Assembly: GCA_949840475.1 (NCBI GenBank)
Contig: CATKXA010000001.1
Span: 1 to 39,255 of the forward strand
Direction of reading: 5' to 3'
Origin: an uncultured Thermoanaerobacterales bacterium
GTDB taxonomy: Bacteria; Bacillota; Clostridia; Christensenellales; UBA1242
Length of the DNA stretch: 39,255 nucleotides
Shown here: positions 8,901-15,955 of the stretch, piece by piece
Position numbering within the stretch: the stretch's first letter is position 1
How the letters are laid out: the number at the start of each line of letters is the position of its first letter
Notes under the pieces: generated by a model
The model's input: the letters and a program-made list of their open reading frames with translations, nothing else
What the model was told of the DNA's origin: nothing
Database searches by the model: none
Position numbers and translations under genes: made by a program

Positions 8901-11067
8901 AAGTAGTGGTGCTGGCGATATGACTGTTAAGCTAAGCATTAATGCAAACGGAATTGAAAGCATTGAGCTTAACAATATTTATGCAGGCAATGCAAGCGAA
9001 CGCTTTGACTTAAAAATCTTATTCAATGAATTTAATGGCGTGAGCGAGGCTTTTGAGCCTGATAGTTATATTGACATTTCAAACAGCGTAGATTTGCTCA
9101 AAGCATTTATCAATACTGCACAGCTCACTGATTACCATATTGCTGGTCAAGCAAAGCTAGCAATAGTTGGTATCTCTGCTGCAAGCCTATTTATAGACGC
9201 TAGAATAAAGCTTGACGAGAACAAAGTTCCAACTATAGCTGTTAGCATAAGTAATTATCCAATAGTTGCGGGTATTACTAACGAGTTCACAAATGGCGGT
9301 ATTTCTAAAAAGCGTACTATAACAATTTACTATCATGACGGTGCACTATATCTTAAAACCTTTGATGCTAAAGTACTTGGTGCAAGCGAGTATACTAAGG
9401 TTACAAAAATCACACTTAATGATCTTGTAAACGATATGTCATACTATATGCAATGGCTTTTGGGCTTTAAAGACAATATCCAAAGCAAGATTGACGAAGC
9501 AATTAAGAAGAGTCAAGAGTATGAGGGCGAAACAGACATTAGCAATATCTTGCTTGGTTACACTTTTGAAGACAATGTACATAAGCTTCAAATCAACCTA
9601 GCAGAAATTGCTCATAACGACGACCTTGGAACGCTTTCACTTGAGCTTGGAACTAAAAATGATGAGCAAACTAAAAACAAAGAGTTTATCTATGAGCTTG
9701 GTTTAAAAGTTAATTTCTTTGGCAACTTACTCGCACTCGAAACAGATAAGGACAACAAGCTATACTTAACAGATATCTATGAGCCAGTTGACTTGACTGA
9801 GGCTATGGATTATATCAATTCTTATAGCTTTGGCTTTAATGCTGAATACAAACGTGAAGGAAATGGCGAGTTTGTTCAAACCAATGCACAAAATATAACA
9901 ATAACTTTAAATAGCGATGGCGAGCTAAGTTATTTAACAGGAGTTGTTGGTCAAGGCTTAAGCTTACCAATACTTTCTAAAGTACTAGATGACGGCAATA
10001 AAATAACTTACTATACTTTCGCCGGCTGGTACACTTCGGACGGACAAAAGTTTACTGGTAGCAGTTATCCAAAGTCTGACATTACATTGTACGCTAGATA
10101 TAATATAGACTATATTAAATATTATTATTATATTAATTATATATATAATGGAAATGTTGACTCTGTTAAAGTGCTTGAAGGCTCACTTGTTGACCTATTG
10201 ACTTTGGCAAACATGTATCAGGAGCTTGGCGACGATTATATCGAATACAGCTTTGCTGGTTGGTACTTAAACGAGAACCTTTCTGGCGAGCGAATCCATA
10301 GCTTAGAAATTAATGAAAATATTAACCTATACGCTAAGTGGAAAGAAGAAAGAAGAGTATCTAAAAAATTACTAACTATTTACGACAACGGCACACTAGT
10401 GTTTAGTGATAAACTGGTAGTTGGCGACGTTGTTAAGTTGCCTAATGGCATTGCTAAAGACGCAAACACAAAACTATATTTAAACAGCGATTATACTGAT
10501 GAATATACTTTAATCGTAATGCCAAATGAAGATTTAACACTACATGTAAGAAACAAGTATGTTTTGCATGTTGCAAGTGAACATGGAATATTGGTTGACG
10601 ATTATCTAGAACTTTATCAAGGCGAAAACTTTGAACTAGTTAACCAAAACGACTTTGTCAAAGACATATACGGCGTAAGCAAAACCACTGGAGTGTTTGT
10701 TGGTTGGTCATATGCTGGTAATATTATGCCAAACAGCGACTTAACTATTACAGCGAACTGGGACATTGATGTTAAGCAATATTTTACAGTAACTATCCAT
10801 AATGACTGGTATAGACCAGCAGGCTGGGTTACAGACGGCAACATTCAAACATCGTTTGAAAACACTATTACCTTGCAGCCTATGCTAGAGGGCTCTGAAA
10901 TAGACTTATCTGCATATTTTATGACTATCAAAGTTAAATACGGAATAAACTATACATATAAAATCACTGGTTTTTCTGAAAGCACAAAGGGTAGTGGAAC
11001 TAAAATAACAAGCATTGCTAGCTTAGATAAAAATTATGATTTGTATGCAGTATGGAAAAGAGCATAA
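5932..11067 (+). CDS. giant N-terminally membrane-anchored surface protein (1711 aa) with C-terminal Listeria-Bacteroides-type repeats
   Basis: Starts 3 nt after the comEB stop. N-terminal hydrophobic helix. The C-terminal ~390 aa hold about five repeats, three or four ending in aromatic motifs (YTFAGWYTSDG..ITLYARY, YSFAGWYLNEN..INLYAKW, FVGWSYAGN..LTITANW, ..YDLYAVWK). A terminator follows. Confidence 0.85.
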   Translation: MKKFLSYIVTFVVMFFISAAVTVSMSMSGGGSLLLPSQDDTQASGSSFFNGILKTFEENKQFNVMGNLEIKTEDQVIPVSLFVNIDLEDASNIKVEGFVIANIDQKYTVEFSLYNNCLYLSFEDINVKLNINGFSELIDTLSNILGTGNQNDTSSFVEDLMPTLMGALDNLKETVTADGEKLVEITIDNLVSAQILLDKDEKLKKASLETIDLDGVSLTAVLDITFDEEIVITNPEKSIPVREFFDVYELYNLNFGSGNLFNSFDYQIGINALNSCQSLNGYAVIDNGLSMVGNLNGFVSQSFRLDFIDNQLFVNVGDIRVKLDIASLDRLPASEQTKAGIGILSSMPSISTDISIDSILSLLKQSKVCLSKNQVLLKTNLNALGINLEAEIVLALNNYEIENISIVASLEQNEFNINLCKASHQKPASIDGNKYLDVVNFVESTMENFTLSEGNIFASIEVLSGNKQYLANANIFVSAINQYFSADMNIAGDMAFDANIAMQNGRLFLRSNGTALSVETERVYQLVKFLANSNIIKNINVEDLSKLLGTSSDLVGGFDINDLKCIKTLSVDASQIKLVVDGDVFGSHSDITLIITLEDYIVSEIELMGIEIEDTKVNAKFNLYGGEVEQKYYNPNDYANLDSVVSLSEAAVKTLYQDGIKGSIYANFELFGEINELKLEYGFNFDNCNLNGYIVTNFKGLDINLYFIDGTFYANIIGLKVYVEFTEFGDLINYLSREFGLELDGFDINNLLQSLKDVDLSQIILGYIGGEKSVELNLANDITIFVNFDEFVNQVIVRVKNVYVELNVFSYDSSEIDNLNKDEFGHYSIIKDTVSAIKNTLSENQFSINAIANVYEDNMLTYNANVDLAVDMSEAFKASANVSLTGKQNISLNVNYIDSKLFVNYNKLKLSASKQSISELLALVMQMLGIDASNVGILDNVISGMDVDMSVLQSIMPSMDMKNPLNMLTVIKNISIVNNQFIITLNGDLVSSGAGDMTVKLSINANGIESIELNNIYAGNASERFDLKILFNEFNGVSEAFEPDSYIDISNSVDLLKAFINTAQLTDYHIAGQAKLAIVGISAASLFIDARIKLDENKVPTIAVSISNYPIVAGITNEFTNGGISKKRTITIYYHDGALYLKTFDAKVLGASEYTKVTKITLNDLVNDMSYYMQWLLGFKDNIQSKIDEAIKKSQEYEGETDISNILLGYTFEDNVHKLQINLAEIAHNDDLGTLSLELGTKNDEQTKNKEFIYELGLKVNFFGNLLALETDKDNKLYLTDIYEPVDLTEAMDYINSYSFGFNAEYKREGNGEFVQTNAQNITITLNSDGELSYLTGVVGQGLSLPILSKVLDDGNKITYYTFAGWYTSDGQKFTGSSYPKSDITLYARYNIDYIKYYYYINYIYNGNVDSVKVLEGSLVDLLTLANMYQELGDDYIEYSFAGWYLNENLSGERIHSLEINENINLYAKWKEERRVSKKLLTIYDNGTLVFSDKLVVGDVVKLPNGIAKDANTKLYLNSDYTDEYTLIVMPNEDLTLHVRNKYVLHVASEHGILVDDYLELYQGENFELVNQNDFVKDIYGVSKTTGVFVGWSYAGNIMPNSDLTITANWDIDVKQYFTVTIHNDWYRPAGWVTDGNIQTSFENTITLQPMLEGSEIDLSAYFMTIKVKYGINYTYKITGFSESTKGSGTKITSIASLDKNYDLYAVWKRA

Positions 11068-11073
11068 TAATAA

Positions 11074-11104
11074 AACATCCGCTTTTAAAGGTGGATGTTT
11101 TTTA
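11074..11104 (+). terminator. terminator after giant gene
   Basis: ACATCCGC..GTGGATGT stem followed by a T-run. Confidence 0.7.
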
Positions 11105-11188
11105 TTTGCAAAAATGTTTTAATAAATATTATGTCGTTTATTTGGTTAAAAATTTAATAAAATATTAAAATTTTACACAATTTAAACG

Positions 11189-11217
11189 TTGACAAACAAA
11201 TAATAGTATGATAATAT
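11189..11217 (+). promoter_or_regulatory. sigma-A-type promoter of tRNA-fMet
   Basis: TTGACA, 17-nt spacer, TAATAT. The -10 ends about 15 nt upstream of the tRNA 5' end. Confidence 0.65.
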
Positions 11218-11232
11218 AAAAAAGTTCGATAT

Positions 11233-11309
11233 CGCGGGATAGAGCAGTCCGGAAGCTCGTCGGGCTCATAACCCGAAGGTCACAGGTTCAAATCCTGTTC
11301 CCGCAACCA
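11233..11309 (+). tRNA. initiator tRNA-fMet (CAT)
   Basis: Cloverleaf read by eye. C1:A72 mismatch at the top of the acceptor stem. Three consecutive G:C pairs in the anticodon stem (GGG CTCATAA CCC). Encoded CCA end. Confidence 0.9.
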
Positions 11310-11320
11310 AAAGGCATATA

Positions 11321-11345
11321 AGGACGCATCTTGCGTCCTTTTTGC
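11321..11345 (+). terminator. terminator after tRNA-fMet
   Basis: AGGACGC..GCGTCCT stem followed by TTTTT. Confidence 0.7.
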
Positions 11346-11857
11346 ATGTCTTGGACTTGGTCATTTATGAAAATAAACTCCCGTCGTCCTCGCATTTAAA
11401 AGAACACAATCTGCAAACCTTCTCAGCCTTTTGGCAAGCCGATGAAATTGAGCTGTAAATTTTAGATTAATACATGAACCAAATAAGAAAACTCAGCTAT
11501 TAGCTGGGTTTTTCTTTTGTTTGGTTTGCAGATAGGTTTTGGCGTAAAACGAGTTACACGTACGATACTTATGAACCTAATATATAGTTTGTAGAACAAA
11601 GAGTAGCAGATTTGATTATATTTTGGAGATAAAGTTTTATAATTAATATTTAATTTTTATTTATGCTCATTAGAAAGTAGTAGTATTTATAACTGGAACA
11701 GACATAATTAGTTTTTAGTTCTTGATCGTCGACAAAATTCTTATAAAAACGCGTAAAAACATATAATTAACTCTAATCTTTATCGTTATGATTTTTAGGG
11801 TTTTGTAATGCGAAATTTCATATGTTATAATAAATAAAAAAGGGAGTCTACGAATAA

Positions 11858-11971
11858 AGGTATACTTATAAAAAATTTCAACAACTCCAAAGACTCTCAC
11901 TGCTTCATAAAGATGGGATAATAACAGATGAAGAATTTAGCAGAATGAAATCAGATATTTTAAACGATTAA
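11858..11971 (+). pseudogene. SHOCT-domain C-terminal remnant (no start codon)
   Basis: The open frame KKFQQLQRLSLLHKDGIITDEEFSRMKSDILND* matches the short C-terminal SHOCT pattern. It has no ATG/GTG/TTG near the frame start. A hairpin terminator (ACACACC..GGTGTGT) follows. Confidence 0.4.
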
Positions 11972-12019
11972 TCAGAACACACCATAATAGGTGTGTTTTA
12001 TTTTTACCTATAAACTAGT

Positions 12020-12048
12020 TTGACAAAGATGTTAAAAGGTTTTATATT
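12020..12048 (+). promoter_or_regulatory. sigma-A-type promoter of the YhhN-family gene
   Basis: TTGACA, 17-nt spacer, TATATT. The TTG that the ORF track uses as a start codon is part of this -35 box. Confidence 0.6.
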
Positions 12049-12073
12049 TAAAGAAATAGATATTGGAGAAAAT

Positions 12074-12784
12074 ATGGTTCAAGGAATAGTTTTTACAGTT
12101 ACTGCTGTTATATGTTTGGCTCTCATGATTGCATTTTTGGTAGTTAGGATAAAAAGGGGAGCAAATGATTTGTCTGTTTGTTTAAAGACAATGGCGTCGC
12201 TTGTGTTTGTGTTTGGGGCTTTGATTGCTATATATTTGAGTGGCTTGTTTTTAGCAAATATTTTAATTGTGATGGGTCTTATTTGTGCAATGCTTGGGGA
12301 CGTGGCTCTTGATTTAAAGTACACTCACGTTGATTATAAAAAGCAATACCTTAATGCTGGAATGGTGTGTTTTTGCTTGAGCAATGTGTTTTACATTATT
12401 GCAATCAGTTTTATGTTTAATTCCGCACAAAACTTTTGGCTTTTTGCGGGTGGAATGGTGCTTGTGGCACTAGTGTTTGCAATAATAGTATTTCTTATGG
12501 CAAAGCCACTAAAGCTTGATTTTAGCGGTTTTAAAGCGCTTACATTTGTTTATTCATTTCTAGTAAGCCTTACCAGTTTTTTGAGCCTTGGCATTTGCTT
12601 TTTTGTAAGCGGGTTTGCAATTTTTGCATGTGGGGCAATACTTGTTTTAATTTCAGATTTAGTGTTATCTCTTATGTACTTTGGTGGCAAAGATAACAGC
12701 AAAGTTTTATGTATTGTGAACCATAGTTTATATTACATTGGTCAGCTACTAATCGTTGCATATTTGTTCTTTCAAATGGTATAA
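12074..12784 (+). CDS. YhhN-family membrane protein (lysoplasmalogenase-like)
   Basis: ATG after GGAGA. Polytopic membrane protein with MLGDVALDL and LISDLVLSL motifs that resemble the two conserved Asp motifs of YhhN/TMEM86. Confidence 0.65.
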   Translation: MVQGIVFTVTAVICLALMIAFLVVRIKRGANDLSVCLKTMASLVFVFGALIAIYLSGLFLANILIVMGLICAMLGDVALDLKYTHVDYKKQYLNAGMVCFCLSNVFYIIAISFMFNSAQNFWLFAGGMVLVALVFAIIVFLMAKPLKLDFSGFKALTFVYSFLVSLTSFLSLGICFFVSGFAIFACGAILVLISDLVLSLMYFGGKDNSKVLCIVNHSLYYIGQLLIVAYLFFQMV

Positions 12785-12813
12785 AAAAACCGCTCAACGA
12801 AGCGGTTTTTTTA
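12783..12813. terminator. bidirectional terminator
   Basis: ACCGCT..AGCGGT stem flanked by an A-run and a T-run. Lies between convergent genes. Confidence 0.7.
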
Positions 12814-12826
12814 TTGATTTTTTATA

Positions 12827-13711
12827 TTAGTTATCTTTTAGAAACTTTAGTATGTCGTTATAAACTTCAGCTTTGTTTGTTTCGTTTAATATTTCGTGGC
12901 GACCTTCGTCATAGAGTTTTATTTTTGCGTTTACTCCATTTTTTAGGTAAAGCTCATGCAAAGACTTTACATATTTGCCGTAATTTCCTACGGGGTCTTT
13001 AGTGCCGGCAACAAGCAAGATGCTTTTATCTTTACTTATATTTTTAATGCCAGAGTTTAAATTTTTGAGGGCATTGAACATAGATTTATAAAAGCTATAT
13101 GGAAAACTCTTTCCACAGTACTCATCTTGCAAGTATTCGTCAAATATTTGCTTGTCGCGAGTGAGCCAGTTCCCGTTTTCAAACTTCTTAGCAAAAGCTT
13201 TAAAGCTTAGTCTTTCTACGGCATAGGCTTTATTTTCTTTATTTCCAAAAAGGCTTGCAAGGTTGGAAAGTGAACTTGCCATTTTGTAAATTAGACTATC
13301 GCCATTAGAAGTTCCGACTAAAACGTACTTTTTTGGAACGGAAAGTACTTGCACAAGTTTTTGCGTTAAAAACGAGCCGTAAGAGTGACCAATGATATAT
13401 ATAGGTAGGTTATAAGTTTTGTCTAAGTAGTCGCATATTAGTTTTTGATCTTTAATTGTATTGTTAAATATATCGCCTGTATCGTAGCCCTGTTTCAATG
13501 GGGACACTGCACTATGCCCGTGACCTCTAAGGTCGCTAACAAAAACAATAAACCCTGCATCTGTTAAAAACTCAGCAAAATGTTTATACCTTAGTCCATG
13601 CTCTTGCATTCCGTGAATTATTTGCACAACGCCGATTGGCTCAGTATTAGGAGTAAATAAGTAGCAGTTAAGCTTTGTATCCTTATAGCCTGTGAAAGTA
13701 AAATTTTCCAT
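12827..13711 (-). CDS. alpha/beta hydrolase (lysophospholipase / monoacylglycerol-lipase-like)
   Basis: HGMQEHGLRY oxyanion region, nucleophile elbow GHSYGS, C-terminal His (GRHEI). The start overlaps the LysR stop (TAATG). Confidence 0.85.
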   Translation of the reverse strand: MENFTFTGYKDTKLNCYLFTPNTEPIGVVQIIHGMQEHGLRYKHFAEFLTDAGFIVFVSDLRGHGHSAVSPLKQGYDTGDIFNNTIKDQKLICDYLDKTYNLPIYIIGHSYGSFLTQKLVQVLSVPKKYVLVGTSNGDSLIYKMASSLSNLASLFGNKENKAYAVERLSFKAFAKKFENGNWLTRDKQIFDEYLQDEYCGKSFPYSFYKSMFNALKNLNSGIKNISKDKSILLVAGTKDPVGNYGKYVKSLHELYLKNGVNAKIKLYDEGRHEILNETNKAEVYNDILKFLKDN

Positions 13712-14598
13712 TATTTAATCTCCTTTTTTATAAGGTTAATAAACTTAAGCTTAGCTGGGTTGGTTTGGTTTTTGTCATGTACAATGCTGATGATACGTTT
13801 TTCCATAATAAAGTCAGTGTTTAGTATGAATAATTCTTCGTTTGACAGCTCTTTTTTAAAGTAATCAGCGTTAACAACGCCAACAGCTATACCGCGTTTA
13901 ATAAGGTCGATAACAAGCCCATAGTTTTCCATTTCATATTTTGGGGTAAGATATATGCCAAACTGATTAAAATAGCTGTCAATATTTTGCCTTGAGGTGT
14001 GGTCGGTACCAATTAGGGCAAGAGGAAGTCTGGCAAAGCCCTCTTTTGTTAGAGGATTCTTAATAAATTTGTTATAGAACTTTTTGTTTCCAACAACGCT
14101 GTAATTAACCTCAAATGATGTTACGACAGTGGAGTCTACTGGCAATGTTTGGCTGTCTAGAATTATTAGGTCAAGCTCGTTATTTTTTAGCTGAGTTATT
14201 AGATTGTTCTCATTGTCGCGGTTGACTTTAATTTCAACATTTGGGTGTGCCTGTGTGAACTCGTTTAAGCTATTGCTTAAAAGTATTGTTATATTAGAAG
14301 TCGTTGTTCCTATTCTGAGTGCCCCGTCCTTTAGCTTTTTTATATTATGAAAATATGAATATAGGTCGTTCATTTCGCTGATTAGTGGAAGAACTTTCTG
14401 GTAAATATGCTTACCCTCATAAGTAAGCTCAACACCTTTGTTCTTTCGTATAAATAGTTTGCCCCCAAGCTCGCTTTCGAGCATTTTGATGCTTTTTGTT
14501 ATCGCTGGTTGCGAAATAAATAAGCTTTCCGAAGCCTTTGTAATATTACCGTGCTTGGCGACAGCTATAAAAATATTGAATAAATTGAGGTTTGCCAT
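13711..14598 (-). CDS. LysR-family transcriptional regulator
   Basis: N-terminal HTH (FIAVAKHGNITKASESLFISQPAITKSIKMLE) plus a substrate-binding domain of typical length. Confidence 0.93.
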   Translation of the reverse strand: MANLNLFNIFIAVAKHGNITKASESLFISQPAITKSIKMLESELGGKLFIRKNKGVELTYEGKHIYQKVLPLISEMNDLYSYFHNIKKLKDGALRIGTTTSNITILLSNSLNEFTQAHPNVEIKVNRDNENNLITQLKNNELDLIILDSQTLPVDSTVVTSFEVNYSVVGNKKFYNKFIKNPLTKEGFARLPLALIGTDHTSRQNIDSYFNQFGIYLTPKYEMENYGLVIDLIKRGIAVGVVNADYFKKELSNEELFILNTDFIMEKRIISIVHDKNQTNPAKLKFINLIKKEIK

Positions 14599-14693
14599 AA
14601 CTACAGATTATTACCACCATAAAAACTATATATTTTACATTATAACAGCACCTATGTATAATAGCAAGTGAAAATGAATGAGGGAGGAAAGTT

Positions 14694-15032
14694 ATGGAGC
14701 AAATTAATATTGATTTTCAAATTTTGGGTTTTGTGTTTAATAGACTAAGAGCTCAAGAGGGAGTTGAACTAGGAACAGTTACAAGCATGCTAGACAGCAA
14801 AGCAATCTTTAAAATACTATTCAATTCCAATTATAAAAAAGATATGGGCATTGAACTAACTGAGTTAGAAACATCTGTTTGGAACGAGGTTGGAAGCTAT
14901 ATAAGAATGTTTGTAAGGCAAAAGTATGAAGAGGCAAAAGCGAGCTTAAATTTTGACAAATTGCCTTTTGAAAACATGTCAAACAAGACAAGCAAGGACT
15001 ATGTTGTTAAGAGGCAAATACGTTTAGTATAA
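14694..15032 (+). CDS. hypothetical protein (112 aa)
   Basis: GGGAGG RBS 6 nt upstream. Divergent from the LysR gene. A terminator follows. No motif recognised. Confidence 0.6.
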   Translation: MEQINIDFQILGFVFNRLRAQEGVELGTVTSMLDSKAIFKILFNSNYKKDMGIELTELETSVWNEVGSYIRMFVRQKYEEAKASLNFDKLPFENMSNKTSKDYVVKRQIRLV

Positions 15033-15034
15033 AT

Positions 15035-15066
15035 AAAAAAAGGAATTTTAAATTCCTTTTTTTTGT
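15035..15066. terminator. bidirectional terminator
   Basis: AGGAAT..ATTCCT stem flanked by an A-run and a T-run. Confidence 0.65.
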
Positions 15067-15873
15067 TTAGTTACTTTTAGTTTCTAGTGCTTTATAAAGC
15101 TCACTAGTGGATACTATTTTGATTCCCATTTTTTCAATATCGGCAATTGTGTCCTTAATAGCATTTGCTGTGTTTTGACCGCCATGTGAGCCAACATGTC
15201 CAATAACTATTGCATAACCATTTTCTTGTGCCATTTTTGCACCCTCGAGCAAGTGATGCTTAACGCCCTCGTAGCTTCTATTGCCTTCTGGTTCTAAAAA
15301 CTCGCTTCTACCAAGATAGACAATATTCTTTTCTTTTGCGACCTTGTCACAAGTGGTGTTTAAATGGGTTCGGCTATCTACAAAGAATAGGTCATGCTCT
15401 TTTGCATAGTCATAGATATATGATACTGTTTTAGGGTTTTGACAGACGCCAGAGCCAATATGGATATTAAAGCCTTTGGCTCCGTCAACACTCTTTAGTG
15501 CCTTTTCTAGTTTTTCATAAACTACTTCCTTTGAGTCGTAACTGCCAATATAGTAGTTTCCGTACCAATGAAATGGTAAGTTTACATGTGCCTGCATAGG
15601 CATGTGCAATATTATTTCTTTTCCTGCCTTTTTAGCCATTTCTACATTGAGTGTTGTGTTGTCAACGTCGGGCATGATTGCACAAGTGATAGGTGCATCA
15701 ATAGACAGCATTGTTTCAACGCCAGATTGCTCAAAGCCACCAAAGTCATCAATAATAATAGCTAGCATTGGCTGACTATTGTCTGCTTTTGCAACCAAAG
15801 AGTTTATAGGGGCAGATATAAAGCCCGCAATTGTTAAAATAATAAAATTTAAACATACAATAAACTTTTTCAT
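15067..15873 (-). CDS. divergent polysaccharide deacetylase family protein (YibQ-like), secreted
   Basis: N-terminal signal peptide. The IIIDDFG motif and overall length resemble the divergent polysaccharide deacetylase family. Confidence 0.75.
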   Translation of the reverse strand: MKKFIVCLNFIILTIAGFISAPINSLVAKADNSQPMLAIIIDDFGGFEQSGVETMLSIDAPITCAIMPDVDNTTLNVEMAKKAGKEIILHMPMQAHVNLPFHWYGNYYIGSYDSKEVVYEKLEKALKSVDGAKGFNIHIGSGVCQNPKTVSYIYDYAKEHDLFFVDSRTHLNTTCDKVAKEKNIVYLGRSEFLEPEGNRSYEGVKHHLLEGAKMAQENGYAIVIGHVGSHGGQNTANAIKDTIADIEKMGIKIVSTSELYKALETKSN

Positions 15874-15955
15874 ACCAGTAGTATGCTATGTTTATATATG
15901 TTTTATACATTGACCTTTGTTTGACAAAAATATTTGTTAATAGTATAGTAGGCAT

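Noticed and set aside
10090-10150. A ~50-nt stretch almost free of G/C inside the giant gene (encoding NIDYIKYYYYINYIYNG), containing TATAAT-like strings, as a possible internal promoter or slippage tract.
   Set aside because: The frame stays open and the stretch lies at a boundary between C-terminal repeats. TATAAT-like strings are expected by chance in such AT-only sequence, and there is no matching -35.
11715-11900. 61-aa minus-strand ORF in the AT-rich region after tRNA-fMet.
   Set aside because: It has no SD and low-complexity AT-driven codons (Ile/Phe/Tyr/Lys), and it overlaps the SHOCT remnant on the other strand.
12020-12073. The TTG start at 12020 given in the ORF track for the YhhN-family gene.
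   Set aside because: That TTG is the first half of a TTGACA -35 box (TTGACA-17-TATATT). The ATG at 12074 has a GGAGA SD and begins exactly at the first TM helix.
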